From Gammaproteobacteria bacterium (GTDB lineage Bacteria > Pseudomonadota > Gammaproteobacteria > SZUA-140): a DNA stretch of 64,000 nucleotides. Shown in pieces: positions 23,597-33,000 of this stretch. Position numbers and translations under genes: made by a program. The stretch covers positions 13,721 through 77,720 of the forward strand of contig JADLET010000077.1 of the NCBI GenBank assembly GCA_020845975.1. Reading direction: 5' to 3'. The number at the start of each line of letters is the position of its first letter. Within the stretch, counting starts at the first letter, position 1. The notes under the pieces were generated by a model. It was given only the letters and a program-made list of their open reading frames with translations. It searched no databases and was not told the DNA's origin.

Positions 23597-23926
23597 ATGA
23601 ATGGGGTATGTAAAATGAGCACGTATCTTCCCTCTAGTGACGGAGAAGGACCAATGATATCGAGTAAACAGGAATGGCGAGCCGATCTGAACGACATAAA
23701 GGCCAGGATCCAGCATCTCGTGAAAATAGGTGAAACGATTCCAGACGATATGCGTACCGATTACAGGCAGAAGATATACGAGTTACAGTCTATGCTGGGC
23801 GTGCTGGAGCAGGAGACGAAAGGGTCGGAATCTGCTAATGAACCCGTGAATCCCACTCATGAACTATACGCAGACATGCGCGCTGCCATAGACCGGGCCA
23901 TGGCGAGATTCGGCTCTCCGGATTGA
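23597..23926 (+). CDS. Hypothetical protein (small, predicted coiled-coil)
   Basis: 109 aa; GGAG RBS upstream; low-GC codon usage like the neighbouring islet genes. Confidence 0.45.
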   Translation: MNGVCKMSTYLPSSDGEGPMISSKQEWRADLNDIKARIQHLVKIGETIPDDMRTDYRQKIYELQSMLGVLEQETKGSESANEPVNPTHELYADMRAAIDRAMARFGSPD

Positions 23927-24054
23927 GAAACCACTCAACATCCTCTCCATGCCCGAGCAAGGGTATGGAGAGAATGCGCCGCAGCGCGGCATCGAAGACA
24001 GCATGCCTTGAAAAAATCGAGGAAAATTATACGTCGCCGATTCTGGGTGGTGAC

Positions 24055-25086
24055 CTAGCGGCTGTTAAATGCGCTCAATCCCAGGTTGAGCAATCTCTGG
24101 ATGAACTGCCGATAGCTCATGCCGGCCTTTTCGGCGGACAGGGCCATGTCGTCGTCAGCGGATAGGGCGGCGTTGGCATTGACGTCGAGCACGTAGACCT
24201 TTCCTTCCTTGTTCAGGCGCAGGTCGATGCGCGCGTAGCCGCTGAGGTCGAGGATGCGGTAGGTGCGCTTGCAAAGTTTCTGGATCGCCTCGGCCATGCC
24301 GGCGGGCAGGGCGCGCACGAACTGGTAGTCGATGCCGTGGCGCTCGCGGTATTTCTCGTCCCACTTGACCTTGTAGGTGGCGATGCGCGGGCCGCCCTCG
24401 TCCTGGTCGCCGAACACCAGTTCGCGCAGCGGCAGCACCTGCAGCCGGTTGTTGCCGATCACCGTGACATAGATCTCGCGCCCGTCGATGAACTGCTCGG
24501 CGATGACGTCGCCGCCGGTCATTTCCTGCGCCTGTATCACGCGGGCGACGAGTTCGTCGGCGTCATGGACGACCGAGGCCTGCGAGATGCCGTGTGAGCC
24601 CTGCGCCAGCAGGCCCTTCACCATCATCGGATAGGGCAGGGCGCGCGCCTCGCGCGCCGGGATGGTGCGGCCCCAGCGGACGGCGCGGAACTGCGGCACC
24701 TGTATGCGGTGGTGGCTCAGCAGCTTCTTGGACAGCGCCTTGTCGCGCGACAGCAGCAGGCCGCGCGGGTTGCAGCCGGTGTACGGGATCCTGAGCATCT
24801 CCAGGTAGCTGACGATGTAGTAGTCCAGCGCCACGTTACCCGCGAATTCCTCCAGCAGGTTGAAGGCAATGTGCGGCTTCCATGCGTCGATGGTGGCGCG
24901 GATCGGGGACAGATCGTCGCTCACTCCAACGATGCGTGCCTCGTGCCCGAGCTCGAGCAGCGCCTGATGGACATCGTGCTCGGTGCGGTATTTTGGCATG
25001 CGTGGATCCTTAGGATCCGTCAGGTCTTCCGGCGGCACCAGGTCGGAGTGCGTCAGCACCATGACGCGCAGTTTTTTCTTTTTCAT
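24055..25086 (-). CDS. ATP-grasp domain protein (D-alanine--D-alanine ligase family)
   Basis: 343 aa. ATP-grasp fold similarity over the C-terminal two thirds (RIDLRL...VYVLDVNAN). Start ATGA overlaps the stop of the upstream peptidase gene. Confidence 0.75.
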   Translation of the reverse strand: MKKKKLRVMVLTHSDLVPPEDLTDPKDPRMPKYRTEHDVHQALLELGHEARIVGVSDDLSPIRATIDAWKPHIAFNLLEEFAGNVALDYYIVSYLEMLRIPYTGCNPRGLLLSRDKALSKKLLSHHRIQVPQFRAVRWGRTIPAREARALPYPMMVKGLLAQGSHGISQASVVHDADELVARVIQAQEMTGGDVIAEQFIDGREIYVTVIGNNRLQVLPLRELVFGDQDEGGPRIATYKVKWDEKYRERHGIDYQFVRALPAGMAEAIQKLCKRTYRILDLSGYARIDLRLNKEGKVYVLDVNANAALSADDDMALSAEKAGMSYRQFIQRLLNLGLSAFNSR

Positions 25087-26132
25087 AGAGAGATGCGGAA
25101 TCCACCACTGTAGAGTTTTTGCAGTACGACCGAGGTGAGCAGCGCCACCAGGTCGGTCTTCAGTTCCTGTTCGTCGCGCGCGACGCGCAGATTGAGCTCA
25201 TCGCTGCGTCGTTCCATGCCCTTGAGCACCTTGCTGATGCGGTATTTATATTCCGCCGTCCAGCGTTCGACCACGTCGATGACCTCGCGCCGCGTGCGGC
25301 GGATGAGGCGCGAGGCCTTTTCGTTGCGCGCATGCGCCGGGTCGGTGGAGAACATCTTGAGCAGATCGCGGTCGGCGAATTCCGGGCTGTCCGAACCGTA
25401 GCGGGCGACCTTGGCGGCGTAATAGTCGCGCAGGGTGATGCGAATCTTCTCCGTCGGGTGATCTTCGCGACGGTTATTCAGCCGCGGGCGCCGGGTGCGG
25501 ATCTCGCGCATCAGCGCGTCAACGTATTCGAGTTTCATCAATGCCGGCCACAGGCGGTAACGCCGTCGCCAGTCCGACTTCGGCCGCAGCCAGACGGCGA
25601 AGGTCTCGGCCCAGTCCTCGTGCGGGTGTGCCTGCGCGTACCAGTTCGGCAGATTGTGCACGAAACGCTTGCTGTAGGGTTTGGGCAGGTAGGTGTCGGG
25701 GTAGGCGGCGTTGGGGCGGCCGAAGTGGCGCTTCCAGTCGCGCCGCTCGTGCAGGCGGTAGGCATTGAGCAGGGCATGCGCGGTTTCGTGGCGCAGCAGG
25801 CGCATGCACCAGTCGCTTGTGCCGCCTTCCACCTCCATCAGGGCCTCGTGCTCCAGGCGGCGCAGGCGCGGGTGGGAGAGGAAGAACGGGATGGCGACGC
25901 CGGGCACGCCGTCCGGGCAATACCACTCATCCGACAGCCAGAAATGCGGGCGGAAGACGAAGTCGCGCTGTTCCAGTTCCCGGTAGAGCTGTTCGATGCG
26001 AGATTCCAGCGGCGAGCCCTCGATACGCAGACCGAGGTCGCAGATGCGCATGTCGAGCAACTTGTCCTTCGGCAGATGCGCCCAGCGACGGGGATTGGGA
26101 CGGGTAGCTGTCGATTTGGTCCGGGCGGCCAT
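25083..26132 (-). CDS. Putative zinc-binding metallopeptidase (HExxH)
   Basis: HETAHAL zinc motif. Start set at MAARTKST...; the 105-aa N-terminal extension in the ORF track is Arg-rich wrong-frame-like. Confidence 0.65.
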   Translation of the reverse strand: MAARTKSTATRPNPRRWAHLPKDKLLDMRICDLGLRIEGSPLESRIEQLYRELEQRDFVFRPHFWLSDEWYCPDGVPGVAIPFFLSHPRLRRLEHEALMEVEGGTSDWCMRLLRHETAHALLNAYRLHERRDWKRHFGRPNAAYPDTYLPKPYSKRFVHNLPNWYAQAHPHEDWAETFAVWLRPKSDWRRRYRLWPALMKLEYVDALMREIRTRRPRLNNRREDHPTEKIRITLRDYYAAKVARYGSDSPEFADRDLLKMFSTDPAHARNEKASRLIRRTRREVIDVVERWTAEYKYRISKVLKGMERRSDELNLRVARDEQELKTDLVALLTSVVLQKLYSGGFRISL

Positions 26133-26540
26133 GGGACAAGGATAAGGAAATGAAGTCCTTCGGGGAAGGTTTTCGGCCGCACGTCGGATACCAGGTTGCG
26201 ATATATCAATGTCCGAGCCCCGTCCGCGCCGTATCTTGTCCTCCTTCCAACACGAGGCGGACGGCAGATGACGAGCCGGATGGAGACAGCGCCCAGGCTG
26301 GTGGATATCGAGCTGGTCAGACACTGGCTGTACTGGGGGTTGGCATGGCTGACGGTATTTGACGGATCTCAATGCGGGGGAGCGGCGGCGCATGCCACGC
26401 TCACCGATGATGGCCGAAAGGGGTACGCGGCCGGTGACCATCAATCACCAGTGAAGAGGGTAATCATATGGAGCACAAGACCTTGTCGATGGACATCGAG
26501 GCTATCAGGAGGCGCCAGGCAGCACATCGAGCAGGGCGCC

Positions 26541-27011
26541 GTGACAGGCGGATACAAGGCGGACCGGGCCACGGTCATCAAGCTCCTGAACGAGGCGCTC
26601 GCCACCGAGATCATCTGCGTGCTGAGGTACAAGCGCCACTACTTCATGGCGTCGGGAATCAACGCACAAGGCATCGCGGCGGAATTCGCCGAGCACGCAA
26701 ACCAGGAGCTGGCCCATATCGATGCGCTTGCCCAGCGCATCGTCCAGCTCGACGGGGAGCCGGATTTTTCGCCGGTGGAGCTGGTGCAACGGGCGCATTC
26801 CGAGTACGTGGCGGCGGGATCCCTGGTAGACATGATGCGGGAGGACCTGGTCGCCGAAAGGATTGCCATCGAGAGCTATCGCGACATGATCAGCTACATC
26901 GAGCACGACGACCCGACCACCCGGAGGGTCCTGGAGGAGATCCTCGCCGTCGAGGAGGAACATGCCGACGACCTGTCCGCCCTGCTCAAGGGCGCCGATG
27001 CCGGGCACTGA
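26541..27011 (+). CDS. Bacterioferritin-like ferritin-fold protein
   Basis: Aligns with Bfr (KADRATVIKLLNEAL...EFAEHANQELAHID...EEEH) but has Leu at the Bfr haem-Met position. GTG start inferred from the alignment; upstream ATGs are in another frame. Confidence 0.65.
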   Translation: MTGGYKADRATVIKLLNEALATEIICVLRYKRHYFMASGINAQGIAAEFAEHANQELAHIDALAQRIVQLDGEPDFSPVELVQRAHSEYVAAGSLVDMMREDLVAERIAIESYRDMISYIEHDDPTTRRVLEEILAVEEEHADDLSALLKGADAGH

Positions 27012-27047
27012 ATGTGTGCCGGCCGGATGCCGGTCGGCAAGGTGCGC

Positions 27048-27567
27048 TCAGTCGCTATCGCTGTGCGGCAGCGTCATGTGGTTGGCCCGGTACCAGCCCG
27101 GGGGATCGTCCTTCGGGGCGCCGACGATCCTGGGCAGGGTGGTCGAAATGTGGTGCCTGGGCTCCCAGCCGAGCAGTTTCTGGGCTCGGCGGATGTCCAG
27201 TGCATAGTGGTCGTCCGACATCCTGATCATGAATGGCTGGATAAAGGGTTTATTGCCCGCGTCGTCGATGTGGTCGGGGTATGACCGCCTCCAGCCTGTC
27301 CTCGAGCCAGGCGCCGGCGGCGGCGAGCAGCTTGGGCATGGTCAGGGTCCTCCATGTCTGTTCGCCGTGGATCAGCCTTCCCAGCCTGTTCTGCAGGTCC
27401 CTGTAGCTCATGGAATCGGCCTCGCCGATCAGGATCGTGACCTCATCCGGCAGGCGTGACCTGTGTTCGATGGCGCGGCGGAAGGCGTCGATCATGTCGT
27501 CGCGGTGCAGCACGGACTGTCCGGTATCTGTATTGCCGGAGTACAGATGGCTGGTCAGCTGGCGCAT
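27048..27567 (-). pseudogene. NAD-dependent epimerase/dehydratase remnant (C-terminal part only, frameshifted)
   Basis: Two adjacent ORFs (27250..27567 and 27048..27230) carry epimerase C-terminal motifs (ALDIRRAQKLLGWEP...). The Rossmann N-terminus is absent, and the fragment begins 12 bp from the stop of the EptA-like gene. Confidence 0.5.
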
Positions 27568-27578
27568 CGTCAGAGCTG

Positions 27579-29204
27579 TTACTTAGGCTCAGCCCTGCAG
27601 CCTTGAAACAGGTCAAGCGCCGGGTTGCGTGCCTTGGTCTGCACGTCGAGCGCCCCGAGCACCGAGTGGAACAGGTTGTCCTGCGTCCAGGGCGTGTCCT
27701 TCCTGTCCGTCATGCAGCGGGGATCGATGGCCAGCTCCCGCTGATAGTTGTCGGAGAACCACATCATGGCGGGGATGTGCTTCTGCGCCTCGGGGGCGAA
27801 CGTGTAAGGCATGCCGTGCAGATAGGCGTTTGCTTCGCCCAGGGATTCGCCGTGGTCCGACAGATAGATCATGGCCGTATTGATGTTGTCATGGGCGCGC
27901 AGCATGTCGATCAGACCGGACAGCACGTGATCTGTATACAGGATGGTGTTGTCGAAGGCGTTGATCAGTTCCTGCGGCTTGCACAGGATCAGCTCGCTGG
28001 TGCGGCACACTGGCGTGAAGCGCTCGAAGTTCTTGGGGTAGCGCTTGTAATAGGCTGGGCCGTGACTGCCATTCTGGTGCAGCACGATCACGCTGTCCTG
28101 CGTGATATCGCGCAGTTTCTGGTCGAGCCCCCTCAGCAGGATGTCGTCGTAGCAGCCATCCTTGCAATACGCGGGGTCCTTCTCGTAGGCGAGATTTTCA
28201 AAACCGACGCGCGCGCACACGCCCTTGCAACCCACGTTGTTGTCGCGCCACAGCACGTCGAAGCCGGCGTGGCTGAGTACGTCGAGCAGGTTCTCCCGGG
28301 CATCGGCGGCGCTGGCGGAATAATCGCGGCGTCCCAGGTCCGAGAACATGCAGGGCACTGATACCGCCGTGGCCGTGCCGCAGGAATGTACCTTGCTGAA
28401 ATTGATCAGGCCGGATTGTCTGCCGAGCTCGGGATTGGTGTCGCGGTCATAGCCGTTGAGCGCGAAGTGATCGGCGCGCGCGGTCTCCCCCACCACCAGC
28501 ACCAGCACGGTCTTGCGGCTGTGCGCCGCCCATGAACCCGGCTTTCTGGCGTCGGCGCCGATCGCCGTCAGCTGCGTCGGCGCCTTTTTTGTCGTGTGGT
28601 GGATATAACTCGTGGCGGCGGTGAGATAGTTGGTGGGGGCGATCAGATACACCAATTGGCGATTATTGCGAAACAGGGAGGCGAGGTCCTTGTAGGAGAA
28701 ATACAGTGTCCCTCCGAGCAGCACGAGTGTCGCCAGCAGCGCCGCCAGCCGTATACCCAGTTCGCGCAGCGGGGTACGATACAGGATGGGCGTTTTCCAC
28801 AACCATACGGTCGGCAGCAGGCCCAGCAGCAGCGCGAACAGGCCCATCTTGACCGTCAGCAGGTCCCGCGTCTCCGCCGCGTCGGTCTGCGCGGCGTTCT
28901 GGATCATCTGCGCGTCGATCATGACGCCATATTCGCTCATGAAATAACTGACCAGCGCCGTGATCATGAACAGCAGGGACATCACGGGTTTGAAGATGTA
29001 GGGCCAGGCGATCAGGCCCAGCAGCAGGTTGAATACGCCGAGGAGCAGCAGGAACATTTCGAACAGGACCCAGGGCCGGTGCGCGCCGAGGTTGGCGGTG
29101 ATCTGTTCCATCTGCTGCCACAGCGGAGCGTTGTACAGCGCGATCAGGGCGATCGAGATCGCGAAGGTCAGGGTCTCGGGGCGTGCGGGGCGGGTCAGCC
29201 TCAT
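27579..29204 (-). CDS. Phosphoethanolamine transferase (EptA/MCR-like lipid A PEtN transferase family)
   Basis: Five N-terminal TM helices and a sulfatase-like periplasmic domain (VLVVGETARADHF, SCGTATAVSVPCMF, LSDHGESLGE). Confidence 0.85.
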   Translation of the reverse strand: MRLTRPARPETLTFAISIALIALYNAPLWQQMEQITANLGAHRPWVLFEMFLLLLGVFNLLLGLIAWPYIFKPVMSLLFMITALVSYFMSEYGVMIDAQMIQNAAQTDAAETRDLLTVKMGLFALLLGLLPTVWLWKTPILYRTPLRELGIRLAALLATLVLLGGTLYFSYKDLASLFRNNRQLVYLIAPTNYLTAATSYIHHTTKKAPTQLTAIGADARKPGSWAAHSRKTVLVLVVGETARADHFALNGYDRDTNPELGRQSGLINFSKVHSCGTATAVSVPCMFSDLGRRDYSASAADARENLLDVLSHAGFDVLWRDNNVGCKGVCARVGFENLAYEKDPAYCKDGCYDDILLRGLDQKLRDITQDSVIVLHQNGSHGPAYYKRYPKNFERFTPVCRTSELILCKPQELINAFDNTILYTDHVLSGLIDMLRAHDNINTAMIYLSDHGESLGEANAYLHGMPYTFAPEAQKHIPAMMWFSDNYQRELAIDPRCMTDRKDTPWTQDNLFHSVLGALDVQTKARNPALDLFQGCRAEPK

Positions 29205-29331
29205 GGAGGAGTGTGCCAAGTTTGGTATTGCGGCCCATCCTAGAGGCAGAATCTTAGAGATGGCTTAAGGGGGTGAGCCAGGCGGCCGTTATAGAAACGA
29301 CTATCCCTTGGCCATTACGTGGGTTCCGATC

Positions 29332-29721
29332 ATGCTGGGACGGAAAAAAATGAAGGAACAGCGGGCAGAGACCCGCTGGAAGATCGATCAGTTTCTCGCC
29401 ATCTATGATGAGGACCAGGCCACCTTTCTCGGACGGGTGGAGGATCTCAGCGAGAACGGCATGTCCGTGCTGAGCACCGAGACCGTCCCGGTCGGAAACC
29501 ATCTCAGGCTCGCGGTGGAGGTAATTCAGGACGACGGCAGCGTCAAGACCTTCTTTCTGCGTTGCCGCAGCCTGTGGATCCGGGCCGAGAGCGGCGACAA
29601 GTACCATCGGATCGGTTTCCAGTTTTCCGGCATCTCTAATTCGGACGCGACCCGGGTCCGCAAGCTCATCGACTATCAACGCAGCCATGGCGCGCGACGC
29701 CCGGATGGTCCGGCGCGCTGA
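29332..29721 (+). CDS. PilZ domain protein (putative c-di-GMP receptor)
   Basis: RxxxR motif (RAETR) and D/NxSxxG motif (DLSENG). Alternative start at 29350. Confidence 0.7.
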   Translation: MLGRKKMKEQRAETRWKIDQFLAIYDEDQATFLGRVEDLSENGMSVLSTETVPVGNHLRLAVEVIQDDGSVKTFFLRCRSLWIRAESGDKYHRIGFQFSGISNSDATRVRKLIDYQRSHGARRPDGPAR

Positions 29722-30040
29722 CGCGCGGCGGCGTGGCGGGGTCGCATAAAATCAATAAAATTCAATAAGTAAGAGTTGTGTCCGGGGCGGGGTCCGGGGG
29801 CGGTTGCATTCCGTGCGGGGGCGCACTAGAGTATCGCACTCACGGAGTGGAGCAGAAACAGAGACTTAGCTGTTGCAGGCAGGCTGACCGGACTCGCGGC
29901 GGTCTGACCCTCACGAGGTCCATGGTCCCGATCGCGTGGACGGCGAGTCTATAATATATGCCCGGTCGATGGATGAGAGTGCGGTCGCATGGATGTGAGC
30001 GAACCGCGCCGGCGATCGGGGAATAGAGGGTCGTACCGCG

Positions 30041-33000
30041 ATGTCATTCCGTCTCAAGATCATACTGGGTCTGGTGGTGATCCAGTTGCTGCTGCTGGTG
30101 ATACTGGTCTGGAGCAGCCTCAACTTCCTGCGCGGTTCCAACGAGATCGAGCTGTCCAACCGCGCCACTTCCATCTCCGAGATCCTTGCCTCCACGCTGG
30201 AGGATAAGCTGCTCAGCGGCGACCGCGAGGGTCTGCTCACCCATATCCACGAAATCCTGGCGCTGCCTGGCACGGTCTATGTGCGCATCGTCAATCCCGC
30301 CGGAGACCTGGTCGCCGAGGGCGGCAATGCCACAGGGCTGGTGCGTCCCTTCGCGGAGGATTTTCTGTTCGATGACGTCGACGACGGAATCTACGACGTC
30401 AGCGCCGATATCGTGCGCGGCGGTGAAAATATGGGCAGCGTGCAGCTCGGCCTGTCAGTGCAGTCGATCAATGGCATCATGGACGCGGCGCGGCGCGAGA
30501 TGGCCACTATCGCCATGTTCGGGTTCGCCGTCTCCGTTATTTTCTCGGTGTTTCTCGGCAATTATTTCCGGCGCCGGCTCACCAATCTGCGCGACGCCAC
30601 CCGCCGCATTGCCTCCGGAGACATCGGCTACCAGGTCCCTGTGCTGGGCGGCGACGAGCTGGCGCAGACGGCAGGCGCGTTCAACACCATGTCTCGCAAG
30701 CTCGTTTCGCTCTATTCCGAGAAACAGGCCGCGCTGACCGGTGCGCGCCAGAAGGCGCAGGAGCTGCAGCAGAGTGAGCGCCGCATCCATGCCGTGCTTC
30801 ATCACGCCATGGACGCGATCATTACCATCGACGAGAACGGTCAGATCGAGAGTTTCAATCCGGCGGCGACCCGGATCTTTGGTTACAGCGCCGGCGAGGC
30901 CATCGGGCAGGGACTGGGCATCCTGCTGCCGGAACCGTATCTCGCCGAGCATGAGCGTCATATCCAGCAATTCATCCGCGGCGGCGACCGCGCTATCCTT
31001 GGCGCCGCGCGCGAGATCCAGGGTCTGCGGATGGACAACACGCAATTCCCGCTCGAAATCGATATCAGCGAGATGGAGATCGAGGGACATTATCTGTTCA
31101 TCGTAATCGCGCGGGATATCACCGAGCGCAAGCGGCTGGAGGAGCGCATCCGCTCGACGATGGAGTCCGCGCCGATCTCGATGCTGATGGTGGACTCCGA
31201 CGGTTCCATCGTGCTCGTCAACGCAGAGACCGAGAATCTGTTCGGATATAGCCGCAATGAACTTCTCGGCAAGAGCATAGAGATACTCGTGCCGGAACGG
31301 TTCCGCTCCCGCCACCCCAGCCAGCGACAGGGGTATTTTGCCGCGCCCGAGGCGCGCCGGATGGGCAAAGGGCGTGACCTGTTCGGCCTGTGCAAGAACG
31401 GTTCCGAGTTTCCCGTTGAGATCGGGCTCAACCCGGTCGTGACGAAAGAGGGGTTGCTGGTACTGGCCACGGTCCTGGACATCACGGAGCGCAAACAGGC
31501 CGAATCCGAGCTGCGCCAGGCGAAGGAGTTCGCCCTGGAGTCCTCGCGCAGCAAGTTCGAGTTCATCGCCAATGTGAGCCAGGAGGTCCGTGTCCCGGTC
31601 AACAGCATGCTGAGCACGCTCAACCTGCTGCTCGGCACGGAGCTCGCGCCGGAGCAGCGCGAGCGCGTCGCCGCGATCCGTGCCTCGGGCGAGTCGCTCA
31701 TCACCATCATCAATGACGTGCTCGACTTCTCCAAGATCGAGGCCGGCAAGCTCTATCTGGAGTCGATCGATTTCGATCTGTGGCAGACCGTGGACATCGT
31801 CTACCAGCTATACCGCGATCAGGCGGCGCGCAAGGGCGTGAATCTGGTTTACGTAATGCCGTATTCGACACCCACCGGACTGCGTGGAGACCCGACCCGT
31901 CTGCGTCAGCTGTTGACCAATCTGGTGGACAACGCGGTGAAGTTCACCGAGAAGGGCGAGGTGGTGCTGCGCATCGAGGTGCTGGAGGACGCAGAGCAGG
32001 AAACGGTACTGCGCTTCGCGGTCAGTGATACCGGCCCCGGCATCGCCGCCGCCACCCAGAAGCGCATCTTCGAGATATTCACCCGCGCCGAGGCGCCGCT
32101 TACGCCGCGCTATGGCAGTTCCGGTCTCGGACTGGTGATCTCCAAGCGTCTGACCGAGATGATGGACGGCGCCATTGGCGTCGAGAGCGAGCCTGGGCGG
32201 GGCAGCCTGTTCTGGTTCACCTGCCGTTTCATGAAGCAGCCGGATGCCAAGCCGGCGCCGCGCCCGGTCAGTCACGAGCTGGGTCATCTGCGGGCGCTCA
32301 TCGTCAACTCGGACGCGGTGGCGCTGGCTTCGATGCAGAACATGGTGAGCGAGCTCGGCCTGAATTCGGCCGGCGTCGATGACGGAGTGCGCGCGCTGCA
32401 TGAGCTGATCACTGCCGCCGAGCGTCGACAGCCCTACGATGTAGTGATCTTCGATATGATGATGCGCGGCATGAGCGGCCTGCGCTTTGCGCGCACCGTG
32501 CGTGAGGACGGCCGTATTTCCCGCCTGTACATGATCATGGTCGCCACCACCGGTTACCGAGGCGACAGCGAGGAGGTGCGCCACGCCGGTGTGCAGGGCT
32601 ACCTCACGGCGCCCTTCGATCGGGAGCAGCTCCTTGAATGTATCGCCGCCGTGACGGGCATCGACCGCAACGACCACGAGACCTTCGTTACGCGCCATAG
32701 CCTGGCGGCCTCACGTCTGCCTCAGCACGGCCATGCCCTGGTGCTCGCGGTGGAGGACGATCGACAGAAGCAGTTGCTGGCGCGACTTGAGCGCATCGGC
32801 TACCGTGCCAGCCTCGCGCTCGACGCCAGGGAGGCGCTGGATGCGGCCGTGCGCGGTCACTATGATCTGATCCTGGTGGACAACGGGGCGCGCGAACTGC
32901 TCGACGCCGAATCAATCCGCCGCCTGCGCGGCCGCGAGCATCAGGGGACACATATTCCCGTGATGGTCATCGTCTCCCCTTCCGCCAGCAACGCCCAATG

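Noticed and set aside
23923-24165. 80-aa plus-strand ORF considered as a possible precursor peptide for the ATP-grasp/peptidase pair
   Set aside because: Its 3' half is antisense to the ATP-grasp gene's 3' end and it has no RBS. Not credible as a coupled peptide substrate.
26468-27226. 252-aa ORF starting MEHKTLSMDIEAIRRRQ... treated as an independent gene
   Set aside because: After the first ~20 codons it becomes R/G/P-rich and runs out of frame through and beyond the Bfr-like gene. Only the ATG/RBS is notable; see the finding on possible frameshift or start ambiguity.
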